A stretch of 64,000 nucleotides of DNA, taken from positions 52,038-116,037 of IMG/VR virus record IMGVR_UViG_3300006127_001273; one strand, given 5' to 3'. Below the pieces are notes generated by a model. That model saw only the letters and a program-made list of their open reading frames with translations. It was not told the DNA's origin and did not search any database. This stretch comes from a virus (taxonomy: Duplodnaviria; Caudoviricetes). Shown piece after piece: positions 1 through 9,221 of this stretch. The position numbers and the translations under genes were made by a program. Within the stretch, counting starts at the first letter, position 1. Each line of letters starts with the position of its first letter.

Positions 1-159
1 GAAGGTAAGAAACCAGACTTCTTAGACTTAGACAAGGACGGTAACAAGAAAGAGCCAATGAAGAAGGCTGCTAAGGAAAAGACATCTAAGAAAGAATGTA
101 TGAAAGAGTCAGTTGAACTCGATCGTATGAAAGAGTTCTTAAAACGTCTAAACGGATAA
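1..159 (+). CDS. 3' end of an upstream CDS (partial); probable internal head/virion protein
   Basis: Frame 1 open from base 1 to TAA at 157-159: EGKKPDFLDLDKDGNKKEPMKKAAKE...ESVELDRMKEFLKRLNG. DLDKDGN is EF-hand-like; the C-terminal amphipathic motif recurs in neighbours. Confidence 0.7.
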   Translation, partial: EGKKPDFLDLDKDGNKKEPMKKAAKEKTSKKECMKESVELDRMKEFLKRLNG

Positions 160-163
160 TATA

Positions 164-1090
164 ATGGACATGAAGAAAATTCTACAGGCACTTGATAATA
201 CAGCATCAAAGCCTGTAGAAGGTGCTAATGATATTAAAAAATCGTTGCAAATTTTAGAAGAGGGGGCTAATCCGCATAAGGTTAGCCTTCCTGTTCAAAT
301 GGCTATGCAACATTATCAAGCACCAGTTGTGGAATCTAAACCAAAGAAAGGTTCGATTCTTAAAAAATATTTTGCAGAAGCTGAACAAGAAGTAGAAGCA
401 GCTCGAGAACAAGAACAGTTAAGAATTCAAATGTATTCTCGTAAGATTGCACAAAAAGTCTTAGGCGAAAGCAAAGTTAGTGAAGCACCAATTGCATATA
501 ACAAAGACGAACCTATGAATCCTTTAATTCATAGCCACAAAGGTGTAAATCAATCTACATTAAAGGGACGTATTATGCGAGCTCGTTCACAAATAAAAGA
601 ACTTGCTGACTACGCGCAATACGATGATTTAAACATGTGGAAAACAATTGTAAACCATTGGCCAGAAGTATCTATGAATATTGATCAAATCGACCATGGA
701 ATACAAGAATTATCTTCGTTACGTAAAAAAGGCGGGATTAAAAGTCGCGGTATCGATCCAACATTAGAAGATGAATTAGTTAATCCAGAAGATGCTGTAA
801 AAATGGACATCCCATTATTAATTCGTCTTTTAGAATATGCTCGTGAAGATGCTAAAACAGACATGGATCTACATAATGTTGCTGAAATGCTTATTAATTT
901 AAGTAAAGACGGCGATACTTTATCAATGGATCAATACGACCAAATTGTAGGCGATCAAAAATTATTACCTAGCCCAACTGACGAAGGACGAAATCCTTGT
1001 TGGAAAGGTTATAGACAGCTCGGAACTAAAGCAAAAGGCGGTTACAGAGTGCCTAATTGTGTTCCAGAAAAGAAAAAGAGATTTAGATAA
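164..1090 (+). CDS. Hypothetical protein, probable prohead-protease-processed internal head protein
   Basis: 308 aa; N-terminal MDMKKILQALD; several [ILV]-x-E sites (LEE, VSE, VVE); C-terminal CWKGY...GTK.KGG..VPNCVP module. Confidence 0.6.
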   Translation: MDMKKILQALDNTASKPVEGANDIKKSLQILEEGANPHKVSLPVQMAMQHYQAPVVESKPKKGSILKKYFAEAEQEVEAAREQEQLRIQMYSRKIAQKVLGESKVSEAPIAYNKDEPMNPLIHSHKGVNQSTLKGRIMRARSQIKELADYAQYDDLNMWKTIVNHWPEVSMNIDQIDHGIQELSSLRKKGGIKSRGIDPTLEDELVNPEDAVKMDIPLLIRLLEYAREDAKTDMDLHNVAEMLINLSKDGDTLSMDQYDQIVGDQKLLPSPTDEGRNPCWKGYRQLGTKAKGGYRVPNCVPEKKKRFR

Positions 1091-1091
1091 A

Positions 1092-2510
1092 ATGACACTA
1101 GAACACTCTATCAGACAAGAATTAGTCGAAAGTTTCGGATATCAATTAGACGAAGAAGGCCTTGGCGCAGATATGATGAAAAGATTATCGGCACATTCTG
1201 CTAATACATCAGTAATGTCTAAAGGTCCTGATTTTACAAAAGCTGTAAAGGCAGGAAATACAAAACTACTAACTCGACTAGCAACTGTTTTTGGATTATA
1301 CGAGTTATGGGTCCCTGCGCAAAATGCTATAATCAATATACAAAATCGTCTTGATAAAAATGAGATATCAGAAGAGCAAGCAATTAAAGAAATGGATATC
1401 ACCGTAGCACAATTTTCTGCAAGAGTGTTATCAACATTGATCACTAGCGGACTATTATTTAGAGTGTTACCTATTGTAGCAAGAATTGCAACTCCTATTC
1501 CATTTTTTGGACCAATATTTGCCGGATTAAGTCTAATTGCTATGACACCAGCTGCTAGAACTTATATCAGTACTTGGGTAAATTCTAATGGATCGTGGTT
1601 AAGTAAAATTATTGCTACCTATTTATTATCTCACGTGATACCACCAGACAGTAAGATAATTGCTTCTGCAGCCAGTTTAGCCGCCGAAGGAACGAAAAAG
1701 TTCGGTGAATTTTCCGATCAAATGCTCAGCGATGTAGGATCTTCAGTATTACACCGTCATTCCGACACTCCAGCTGATACAACTACTGCACCTAGTAATT
1801 CTCAAGATGATTATATCAATCCAGCCTCAGTTGGCGGAGCTCAGACACCGTCTATAAATCAAAAAATAGATAAAATTCGAGAAAAGTTAATTAGCTTAGG
1901 AGAAAAAATTCCTGCAACTGGCGCACCTGATGAAGAATTTTACGCTGCATATCATAGACACAGAAATGATGTTAAAGGCATTCAAGAATCAGGTGAGTCA
2001 ATTCGTGAGTTATCATTAAAATTACAAATCCTTGAAGATGCAAAATCTGATGCAGAAGCAGGCGCTAAAGAATTTATGCAAGATTTTCCAGATTTAGTAC
2101 AAATTATTCAACAGAGAATGACACAGAACGCTCCTGCTCAAGGCGGAACTCCTACACCTGCACAGCAAGACATACCTGCACAAGGCGGAACCTCTGCACC
2201 AGCAGTTAGCACAACTGCGGGTCCTTTGGGTGCGCAAGCATCTGCAGGTGGATTAAATGTATCTGCCGGACCGCAGGGTAGCAATTTTGATGCAAGCGGA
2301 CATATCACCGGAATGCCGCCTACAACATTAAATGGACCAAATCAAGAATTATTAAATAAAGCGGCAGAACTCACAAAGGCAGGAAATACCGAAAAGGCAA
2401 AGATATATACAGACGTATATGCAAGACAAGTAGCACAACAAAAGGCTGCTAAACCTACATCTGAAAATACAGAATTAAACAGAATCATTACATTAGCAAA
2501 AAACAAATAA
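1092..2510 (+). CDS. Hypothetical virion/ejection-type protein with hydrophobic segment
   Basis: ORF track 1059..2510; ATG 1092 directly after the upstream stop is the likelier start. Hydrophobic stretch LITSGLLFRVLPIVARIATPIPFFGPIFAGLSLIAM, PAQGGT repeats, C-terminal ENTELNRIITLAK. Confidence 0.55.
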   Translation: MTLEHSIRQELVESFGYQLDEEGLGADMMKRLSAHSANTSVMSKGPDFTKAVKAGNTKLLTRLATVFGLYELWVPAQNAIINIQNRLDKNEISEEQAIKEMDITVAQFSARVLSTLITSGLLFRVLPIVARIATPIPFFGPIFAGLSLIAMTPAARTYISTWVNSNGSWLSKIIATYLLSHVIPPDSKIIASAASLAAEGTKKFGEFSDQMLSDVGSSVLHRHSDTPADTTTAPSNSQDDYINPASVGGAQTPSINQKIDKIREKLISLGEKIPATGAPDEEFYAAYHRHRNDVKGIQESGESIRELSLKLQILEDAKSDAEAGAKEFMQDFPDLVQIIQQRMTQNAPAQGGTPTPAQQDIPAQGGTSAPAVSTTAGPLGAQASAGGLNVSAGPQGSNFDASGHITGMPPTTLNGPNQELLNKAAELTKAGNTEKAKIYTDVYARQVAQQKAAKPTSENTELNRIITLAKNK

Positions 2511-2521
2511 CATCATTTACA

Positions 2522-2550
2522 TTGACAGTAAATAAGAATTAATCTAAACT
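2522..2550 (+). promoter_or_regulatory. Sigma70-type promoter
   Basis: TTGACA-N17-TAAACT upstream of the dsbA-like gene; GTAAATA in the spacer. Confidence 0.7.
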
Positions 2551-2573
2551 AGGCATTTAAAGGGAGAAAATTT

Positions 2574-2828
2574 ATGAGTAGAGCATATGGCGCCGAAGAA
2601 AAGGCAAAACTTGAAAGACTTATCAATGAAGGTTCAACTGTTTTAAGAGAAATTGAAGATCTCAACGAAGGTCTCAAGGACACAGTCAAGGCAGTAGCAG
2701 AGGAACTAAATATCAAGCCGAGTGTTATCAACAAGGCTATCAAAATTGCACATAAGGGCAATTGGCAAGATCATAATTCCGATTGGGAAGAGATCGAAGC
2801 AATTCTAGACGTCACAAAGCGCATCTAA
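2574..2828 (+). CDS. dsbA: T4 DsbA-like double-stranded DNA binding protein
   Basis: 84 aa helical protein, L.RLINEGS.VLREIEDL.EGLKD.VKAVAEEL.IKPSVINKAIKIAHK pattern; GGGAG RBS. Confidence 0.7.
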   Translation: MSRAYGAEEKAKLERLINEGSTVLREIEDLNEGLKDTVKAVAEELNIKPSVINKAIKIAHKGNWQDHNSDWEEIEAILDVTKRI

Positions 2829-2846
2829 TTGCAACAGGAAAGGTTC

Positions 2847-2899
2847 TACGAGCCATAAATCGTATTGCGGGTGAGTGTGAGCCGAAAATCACACAGGAG
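2847..2899 (+). promoter_or_regulatory. Twin stem-loops abutting the DNA polymerase RBS (candidate translational operator)
   Basis: TACGA-GCCATAAA-TCGTA (2847-2864) and GTGTGA-GCCGAAAA-TCACAC (2875-2894), followed directly by AGGAG (2895-2899). Confidence 0.65.
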
Positions 2900-2903
2900 A
2901 AAA

Positions 2904-5570
2904 ATGAGTTATGTCGATGCATATTTCGACCGTGATAATGATATCATTAAAATTGTCGAAAGAAATTCTAAAGGTGAACGGGAATTTAGAGATGTTCCTG
3001 TAAAACACACTTTCTATTATAAAGATCCAAAAGGAAAACATCAAAGTATTTACGGTGACCCAGTATCAAGGGTTGTTTGTAAAAATACTAAAGACTTCCG
3101 AAAGGAAATGGCTATTGCTAGCGGCAAGCAAATATATGAAGCAGATATTAATCCAATCTTTGTTTGTTTGTCAGAAAACTATTTAAATCAAGATGCTCCG
3201 AAACTTAATGTAGCATTTTTCGATATCGAAGTGGACTTTGATCCAGAAAGAGGCTATGCTAGTCCAGATGATGCATTTATGCCTATTACTGCAATCGCTG
3301 TCCACTTACAATGGTTAGAAACACTTGTATGTCTTGCAATTCCTCCAAAGACATTAACTATGGAGCAAGCACAAGAGCAAATCAAAGACTTTCCAAATAC
3401 TATTTTGTTTGATAATGAAGCAGAATTGTTAGATACGTTTTTAGATTTAATTCAAGAAGCAGACATTTTAAGTGGATGGAATAGCGAAGGGTTCGATATT
3501 CCGTATACAGTTAATCGTGTTATTAAGGTGTTATCGAAGGAAGACACTAGACGATTCTGTTTGTTTAATCAATTACCAAAAAAGCGTGAGTTCGAAAAGT
3601 TCGGTAGACAAGCAACTACATATGACTTTGTCGGGCGTGTACATATGGATAGTTTAGAACTATATCGTAAGTATACCTATGAAGAAAGACATAGTTACAG
3701 ACTAGACGCAATTGCCGAATACGAGTTAGGAGAACGAAAAACACAGTATGAAGGTACACTTGATCAGTTATACAACAATGATTTCAAAACATTCATTGAA
3801 TATAACAGACAAGATACTATGCTTCTTGATCGTTTAGATAAGAAATTAAAGTTTTTAGATCTTGCTAATTCACTTGCACACGAAAATACAGTATTGCTCC
3901 AAACTACAATGGGAGCAGTAGCAGTAACAGAACAAGCAATCATTAATGAAGCACATCGTAGAGGATTTGTTGTCCCAAATCGTCCCAAATCAGATGAACG
4001 GGAAAACACCAATGCAGCCGGTGCGTATGTTGCATATCCAAAAGAAGGAATTCAAGACTGGGTAGGATCTTTAGACATCAACTCCCTATATCCTTCAGTA
4101 ATTCGTGCGTTAAATATGGGCCCGGAAACGATTATCGGGCAATTAAGAACAGTCGGAACCGATGCGTATATCGAAACTCAAATGGCAAAGGGCAAATCAT
4201 TTGCATCTGCATGGGAAGGTCATTTTGGCACACTTGAATATGAGTCGGTAATGAAGCAAGAAATCGGTACTGATATCACAATCGATTGGGAAAATGGTGA
4301 TATTGATATTGTAAGTGCAGCCGAAGTATATCGACTAATTTATGAAAGTAATCAACCTTGGATGTTAAGTGCAAACGGTACTATCTTTACGTGGGAGAAA
4401 GAAGGAGTTATTCCCGGATTGTTAAAGCGTTGGTATGCAGAACGTAAAGAAATGCAGGCTAAAGAGAAGGATGCACAAAATGCAGGTAACGAGATTGAAG
4501 AAGAATACTGGGCAAAGAGACAGTTAGTTAAAAAGATTAATCTAAATAGTCTATATGGTGCTATTCTTAATCCAGGTTGTAGATTCTTCGATAAGAGGAT
4601 AGGACAATCTACTACATTAACTGGTCGTCAAATTGCAAAACATATGGCTTCCAAAGTTAACGAGGTTATTACAGGTGATTACGATCACGTAGGCAAAGCA
4701 ATTATTTACGGTGATACTGACTCCTGTTATTTTTCAGCGTATAAGATCTTAAAGAAGGACATCGATAACGGTAGTATTCCATGGTCAAAAGAAGCAGTAA
4801 CTCAACTATACGATCAAATTGGCGAAGAAGTCAATGGAACATTTGCACAATTTATGTTAGACCAGTTTCATTGCCCTAAAGTTCGCGGGGAAGTTATTAG
4901 AGCAGGACGAGAAATTGTAGGATCAAAGGCATTGTTTATTACTAAAAAGCGGTATGCAGTACTTGTATATGATAAAGAAGGTAAACGTAAGGATAAGGAC
5001 GGCAAACCCGGAGAAATTAAAGCAATGGGGTTAGATCTCAAACGTTCAGATACTCCAGAATTCATTCAAGACTTTTTAAGTAAAGTACTCGAAATGGTAC
5101 TTACTGGCTCTCAGGAACAAGAAGTATTAGATTACATCACTGAGTTTAGGACTGAATTTAAAATGCGACCGGGTTGGGAAAAAGGAAGCCCTAAAAGAGC
5201 TAATAATATTACCGAATACGAAGCAAAGGAAAAACGCCAAGGCAAAGCAAATCTTCCGGGACATGTTAGAGCAAGTATTAACTGGAATACATTAAGGAAA
5301 TTATATAACGACAAGTATTCTATGATTATCCTCGATGGAGCGAAGGTTATCGTATGTAAACTTCGGCCTAATCCACTAGAATTTACTAGTGTAGCATATC
5401 CAGTAGACGAACTTAGATTACCGCAATGGTTTAAAGATTTGCCATTCGATCATTCAGAAATGGAAGCAACTATTATCGATAAGAAACTAGATAACCTAAT
5501 TGGAGTATTGAACTGGAATTTATCTAGTACTGAAGAGAAAAATACATTTAATAGTTTATTTGAGTTTTGA
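2904..5570 (+). CDS. gp43: Family B DNA polymerase (T4 gp43-like)
   Basis: ExoI FFDIEVD, ExoII GWNSEGFDIPY, ExoIII YNRQD; polymerase motifs SLDINSLYPS, KKINLNSLYG, YGDTDS. Start ATG 2904 after AGGAGA (ORF track starts 2865). Confidence 0.97.
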   Translation: MSYVDAYFDRDNDIIKIVERNSKGEREFRDVPVKHTFYYKDPKGKHQSIYGDPVSRVVCKNTKDFRKEMAIASGKQIYEADINPIFVCLSENYLNQDAPKLNVAFFDIEVDFDPERGYASPDDAFMPITAIAVHLQWLETLVCLAIPPKTLTMEQAQEQIKDFPNTILFDNEAELLDTFLDLIQEADILSGWNSEGFDIPYTVNRVIKVLSKEDTRRFCLFNQLPKKREFEKFGRQATTYDFVGRVHMDSLELYRKYTYEERHSYRLDAIAEYELGERKTQYEGTLDQLYNNDFKTFIEYNRQDTMLLDRLDKKLKFLDLANSLAHENTVLLQTTMGAVAVTEQAIINEAHRRGFVVPNRPKSDERENTNAAGAYVAYPKEGIQDWVGSLDINSLYPSVIRALNMGPETIIGQLRTVGTDAYIETQMAKGKSFASAWEGHFGTLEYESVMKQEIGTDITIDWENGDIDIVSAAEVYRLIYESNQPWMLSANGTIFTWEKEGVIPGLLKRWYAERKEMQAKEKDAQNAGNEIEEEYWAKRQLVKKINLNSLYGAILNPGCRFFDKRIGQSTTLTGRQIAKHMASKVNEVITGDYDHVGKAIIYGDTDSCYFSAYKILKKDIDNGSIPWSKEAVTQLYDQIGEEVNGTFAQFMLDQFHCPKVRGEVIRAGREIVGSKALFITKKRYAVLVYDKEGKRKDKDGKPGEIKAMGLDLKRSDTPEFIQDFLSKVLEMVLTGSQEQEVLDYITEFRTEFKMRPGWEKGSPKRANNITEYEAKEKRQGKANLPGHVRASINWNTLRKLYNDKYSMIILDGAKVIVCKLRPNPLEFTSVAYPVDELRLPQWFKDLPFDHSEMEATIIDKKLDNLIGVLNWNLSSTEEKNTFNSLFEF

Positions 5571-5582
5571 TAAGAATAATTC

Positions 5583-5611
5583 TTGACTACAGACAATAAC
5601 CTAAATATAAT
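5583..5611 (+). promoter_or_regulatory. Sigma70-type promoter with overlapping late-like motif
   Basis: TTGACT-N17-TATAAT; CTAAATA at 5601-5607. Confidence 0.8.
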
Positions 5612-5635
5612 AACATAATACGGAGAATAATAATA

Positions 5636-6376
5636 ATGAAAGATATTTTACAGGATTTAATTGCACATACTCACGCACTAGGATTTATTCCATTAGTTAA
5701 GGTTTCGTCTATTAATAGCGAAACTGTTATCGAAGCACGAGCTGATGATCTTTCAGTAAATGTGTTTGGCAAGACTAATAATCCAATTGAAGGATTCGAC
5801 GGGGTATTCGGCATGCCTAATCTAAATAAACTCGACATTCATTTAAAATGTCCTGAGTATAAAGAAAACGCACAAATTACAATAGAGACAGAAGACCGAG
5901 ATGGGGTAGAGGAACCTGCTGGATTACACTTTGTTAATGAAACTGGCGATTTTAGGAATTATTACCGATTCATGAGCAGTATTGTTGTTAACAGCAAATT
6001 AAAATCAGTGAAATTTAAAGACAATGGTCCAACGTGGGTTATCGAATTTAACCCGTCGCAGAATAGCATCCAACGACTTAAATTCCAGCAATCTGCACAT
6101 TCAGAAGAAACAGTTGTTAAAGTCAAATCAGATAACGGTAATCTTGTTTTTAGTTTCGGTGATGCAAACACTCATGCTGGCTCATTTGTTTTTGAATCAG
6201 GTATTTCAGGATCATTAAAGCAACCGATGTCATGGCCTATTTCACAATTAATTAGCATTTTGTCTTTGCCTGGCGATATGAGCATTAAAATTGCAGAAAA
6301 TCCAGGTGCGATGATGATCACTGTTAATAGTGGATTAGCAGAATACAATTACGTATTACCTGCTCATACGAAATAA
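5636..6376 (+). CDS. Probable DNA polymerase sliding clamp (gp45-like)
   Basis: 246 aa, clamp-sized, directly after the polymerase; alternating beta/alpha pattern; C-terminal strand AEYNYVLPA. Confidence 0.6.
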   Translation: MKDILQDLIAHTHALGFIPLVKVSSINSETVIEARADDLSVNVFGKTNNPIEGFDGVFGMPNLNKLDIHLKCPEYKENAQITIETEDRDGVEEPAGLHFVNETGDFRNYYRFMSSIVVNSKLKSVKFKDNGPTWVIEFNPSQNSIQRLKFQQSAHSEETVVKVKSDNGNLVFSFGDANTHAGSFVFESGISGSLKQPMSWPISQLISILSLPGDMSIKIAENPGAMMITVNSGLAEYNYVLPAHTK

Positions 6377-6377
6377 G

Positions 6378-6578
6378 ATGGAAACACATAAAAGAACTAT
6401 TGTTCGAATGATTACTTATAGAATATCTGCATGGTTATTCACGATTCTATGGACATACATGTTCACTAACGATATCGGAAAAAGTACAGGATTTGCAACA
6501 ATATTACATATTCTTTTAAGTATCGATTACTATATTCACGAACGAATATGGTTAAAAATTAAATGGGGCAAAATATGA
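6378..6578 (+). CDS. DUF2061-like small membrane protein
   Basis: METHKRTIVRMITYRI...YYIHERIWLKIKWG pattern with two hydrophobic helices. Confidence 0.7.
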   Translation: METHKRTIVRMITYRISAWLFTILWTYMFTNDIGKSTGFATILHILLSIDYYIHERIWLKIKWGKI

Positions 6579-6979
6579 ACGAAGATTTTGATTTAGAAAA
6601 ATTTGTAGAATTATTTGATATAGCAATGACATCAGATAATCCTACTGTAAGAAAAGCATTTAAAAATTTAATGATCGTTGCGGCATTAGTAGATTCGGAA
6701 AATACCAGTAAATCACTCGGACCATTAAAAGAGATTCTTACTGAATTTAGAAAGCTGTCTAATCGGGTGAACACATTAGAGGTATCTAGGTATACATCAA
6801 CGCCTTATACTAACGGAAATGTTACAATTAATACTAATACTCCGTACTATGGAATAGCACCTACATATACTTCTACTACTAGCGTATCGACTGCAAATAT
6901 GGGGTATACTATTACTAATGATCAACTCGATAAGTACTCTCACATTTATACTACTTTAAGCAAACCTACCGATGAATAA
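6575..6979 (+). CDS. Hypothetical protein
   Basis: ATGA overlap with upstream stop (ORF track starts 6563); Thr/Ser/Tyr-rich C-terminal half. Confidence 0.65.
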   Translation: MNEDFDLEKFVELFDIAMTSDNPTVRKAFKNLMIVAALVDSENTSKSLGPLKEILTEFRKLSNRVNTLEVSRYTSTPYTNGNVTINTNTPYYGIAPTYTSTTSVSTANMGYTITNDQLDKYSHIYTTLSKPTDE

Positions 6980-8633
6980 AGATTTAACAGCAACACAGAA
7001 CGATTATGCAGTATTCTTACCTGCAACATCTGGATTCTATGCTACCTTTATCGGAAAACAACGGTATAGCAATTATGTCGACCCTGCAAGACTTCCCACA
7101 TCATTCACTAATGGTGTAGAAAGTCTCAACTACCTAGAGCCAGAAAAGGGATTATTTTACTATAACTGGTGCTTATATTCTGCAGGCCATGCTAACTTAG
7201 ATATTAGTAAGCAAGACGAAGCAGAAGATATGTTTCGAAATAGAGATAGAACTACTAGTTGGGTTCTCGGTGATTCGGGCGGATTTCAGATCGGCAAAGG
7301 CGTATGGGAAGGAGATTGGAAAAATCCTAATTGTCCAAAAGCACAAAAGAAGAGAGAACAGGTTCTAGCATGGATGGACGCATACATGGATTATGGTATG
7401 TGTTTAGATATTCCGGCATGGGTATGTCGTAGTCCCGAAGGGCAAAAAGCAACTGGTATCCGAACATATGAAGAAGCAGTAGATGCAACGTACATTAACA
7501 ATGAATACTTCGTTAATAATCGAAACGGTAATTGTAAGTTTCTAAATGTTCTTCAGGGAGAAAATCACGCGCAAGCTGATGATTGGTATAATCGAATGAA
7601 GAAGTATTGCGATCCAAATATCTACGGTGATAAGGCATTTAACGGGTGGGCGATGGGCGGACAAAACATGTGCGATGTTCACTTAATTCTAAAAAGATTA
7701 GTCACACTACGATTCGACGGATTATTAGAACAAGGTAAACAAGATTGGATGCACTTCTTAGGAACTAGCAAATTAGAATGGGCAGTATTATTAACTGATA
7801 TTCAACGTGCTGTTCGTAAATATCACAATCCTAACTTTACTATTAGTTTTGACTGTGCAAGCCCATTCCTAGCAACTGCAAATGGACAGATTTATATTCA
7901 AACTGAAACTAAAGATAGAGAAAAGTGGGTTTATAGAATGGTTCCAAGTGCAGATAATAAAAAGTATTCATCCGACACACGATTGTTTAAAGATGCTGTT
8001 GTACAAGATAAACTTTTTAAAAAGAAATCAAATAGCAATGAATTCTATGGGTTTGAATCTAGTCCTCTAATTGACCAGGTCGAAATGAAGGACGTCTGTA
8101 TTTACAGTGCAGGAGTTCCTAATCCTACCTTACCAAAAAATGTAACACCGGATCCATACAATCCCGATCATTGGGAAGTATTACCTAGTTACAATAAATT
8201 AGGAAAAGTAAGCGAACGGACAAGTTGGGATAGTTTCAGTTATGCTATTCAAATGGGTCATAACGTGTGGCATCATATCAATGCTGTGCAAGAAGCAAAT
8301 CGTCAATATGACATCGATGTTAGACCATCAATGCTTATTCGAGACGGTCTTGTAAAAACAGAATACTTTAGAAATCTAGTCGACGAAATTTTTCAAATAG
8401 ACGATTTCGATAAAGCAATGGCACTTGTTGAAGAAAATGAAAAGTATTGGGATACTATTATCGGAACTAGAGGTAACACTGGAAAACGTCTTATGAATTC
8501 TTCAACGAATTTTCATAATTTGTTTGAAGAAGTTCCGCAAGAAGAATCCGACGATGACTTTGAAACAGATCCTGATAACTTTTCAGAAGAGAAACTTGAT
8601 AAATTAGAAGAAGAACTTAGAAATGAAACGTAA
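6972..8633 (+). CDS. dpdA: DpdA/TGT-like 7-deazaguanine transglycosylase (probably DNA-directed)
   Basis: TGT-fold motifs LGDSGGFQIG, LDIP, LNVLQG, GWAMGG, HFLG, ISFDCASP; clustered with folE and queE. Confidence 0.8.
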   Translation: MNKDLTATQNDYAVFLPATSGFYATFIGKQRYSNYVDPARLPTSFTNGVESLNYLEPEKGLFYYNWCLYSAGHANLDISKQDEAEDMFRNRDRTTSWVLGDSGGFQIGKGVWEGDWKNPNCPKAQKKREQVLAWMDAYMDYGMCLDIPAWVCRSPEGQKATGIRTYEEAVDATYINNEYFVNNRNGNCKFLNVLQGENHAQADDWYNRMKKYCDPNIYGDKAFNGWAMGGQNMCDVHLILKRLVTLRFDGLLEQGKQDWMHFLGTSKLEWAVLLTDIQRAVRKYHNPNFTISFDCASPFLATANGQIYIQTETKDREKWVYRMVPSADNKKYSSDTRLFKDAVVQDKLFKKKSNSNEFYGFESSPLIDQVEMKDVCIYSAGVPNPTLPKNVTPDPYNPDHWEVLPSYNKLGKVSERTSWDSFSYAIQMGHNVWHHINAVQEANRQYDIDVRPSMLIRDGLVKTEYFRNLVDEIFQIDDFDKAMALVEENEKYWDTIIGTRGNTGKRLMNSSTNFHNLFEEVPQEESDDDFETDPDNFSEEKLDKLEEELRNET

Positions 8634-9147
8634 TTATTCAACCGGAACTACAGATAATGTTACATTTTTTACCGGAGTTGAAATTGAAAAGACTCCTGCT
8701 TACGGAAAGCAAACGCTTTTCGTAGTGGGACTACATCCGGTAAACACAATTGAAGAAGTATTAGCCGAAACTACATATGATACAAGGCATATCTTTTTTG
8801 GCGCTAATCATAGTTTTAATCCGCGAATTTCCGAAGATTGGGATCAATGGGAAAAAATGATAACTCACTTTTTAGAGAAAGGTTACTTGTGTTCATTAGA
8901 CATCCCGTTATCACATGCTGAAGAGTTTAATGAAGGGGGATTGTGCAGTTACGGCACTTTTATTCCGCAAATTAGAATACCATTGCCTTACATGCAACTT
9001 TGGAATTATAATACTATGATCAAACTCGATGATAAAGGATTTAATGCAACTAATCCTGGTGTTTGGAGTCATAGTTTACATGAGCTGAAGGATCGTGAGA
9101 ATTTTACTTCATGGTATGATTATAAAAATGACAGAATTATTAAATAA
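8623..9147 (+). CDS. Hypothetical protein coupled to dpdA
   Basis: 174 aa overlapping the dpdA stop; enzyme-like motifs FFTGVEIE.TPAYG, HIFFGANHSF, IKLDD..F.ATNPGVW. Confidence 0.7.
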   Translation: MKRNYSTGTTDNVTFFTGVEIEKTPAYGKQTLFVVGLHPVNTIEEVLAETTYDTRHIFFGANHSFNPRISEDWDQWEKMITHFLEKGYLCSLDIPLSHAEEFNEGGLCSYGTFIPQIRIPLPYMQLWNYNTMIKLDDKGFNATNPGVWSHSLHELKDRENFTSWYDYKNDRIIK

Positions 9148-9163
9148 GATTCGTTCTTATCTA

Positions 9164-9192
9164 TTGACATATTATAATGTATTTGTTACAAT
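9164..9192 (+). promoter_or_regulatory. Sigma70-type promoter
   Basis: TTGACA-N17-TACAAT upstream of the QueD-like gene. Confidence 0.75.
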
Positions 9193-9221
9193 AAACTATA
9201 AATTAACAATAAAGAACAAAA

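Noticed and set aside
2836-2864. AGGTTCTA resembling a preQ1-I riboswitch loop
   Set aside because: No P1 stem or A-rich 3' tail; the region is better explained by the twin hairpins.
2904-5570. Intein or intron in DNA polymerase (also checked thyA)
   Set aside because: Motif spacing and lengths are normal; no homing endonuclease or splicing motifs.
6972-8633. Canonical tRNA-guanine transglycosylase (tgt)
   Set aside because: No CxCxxC zinc motif and longer, divergent sequence; context favours a DpdA-type enzyme, although a tRNA target is not excluded.
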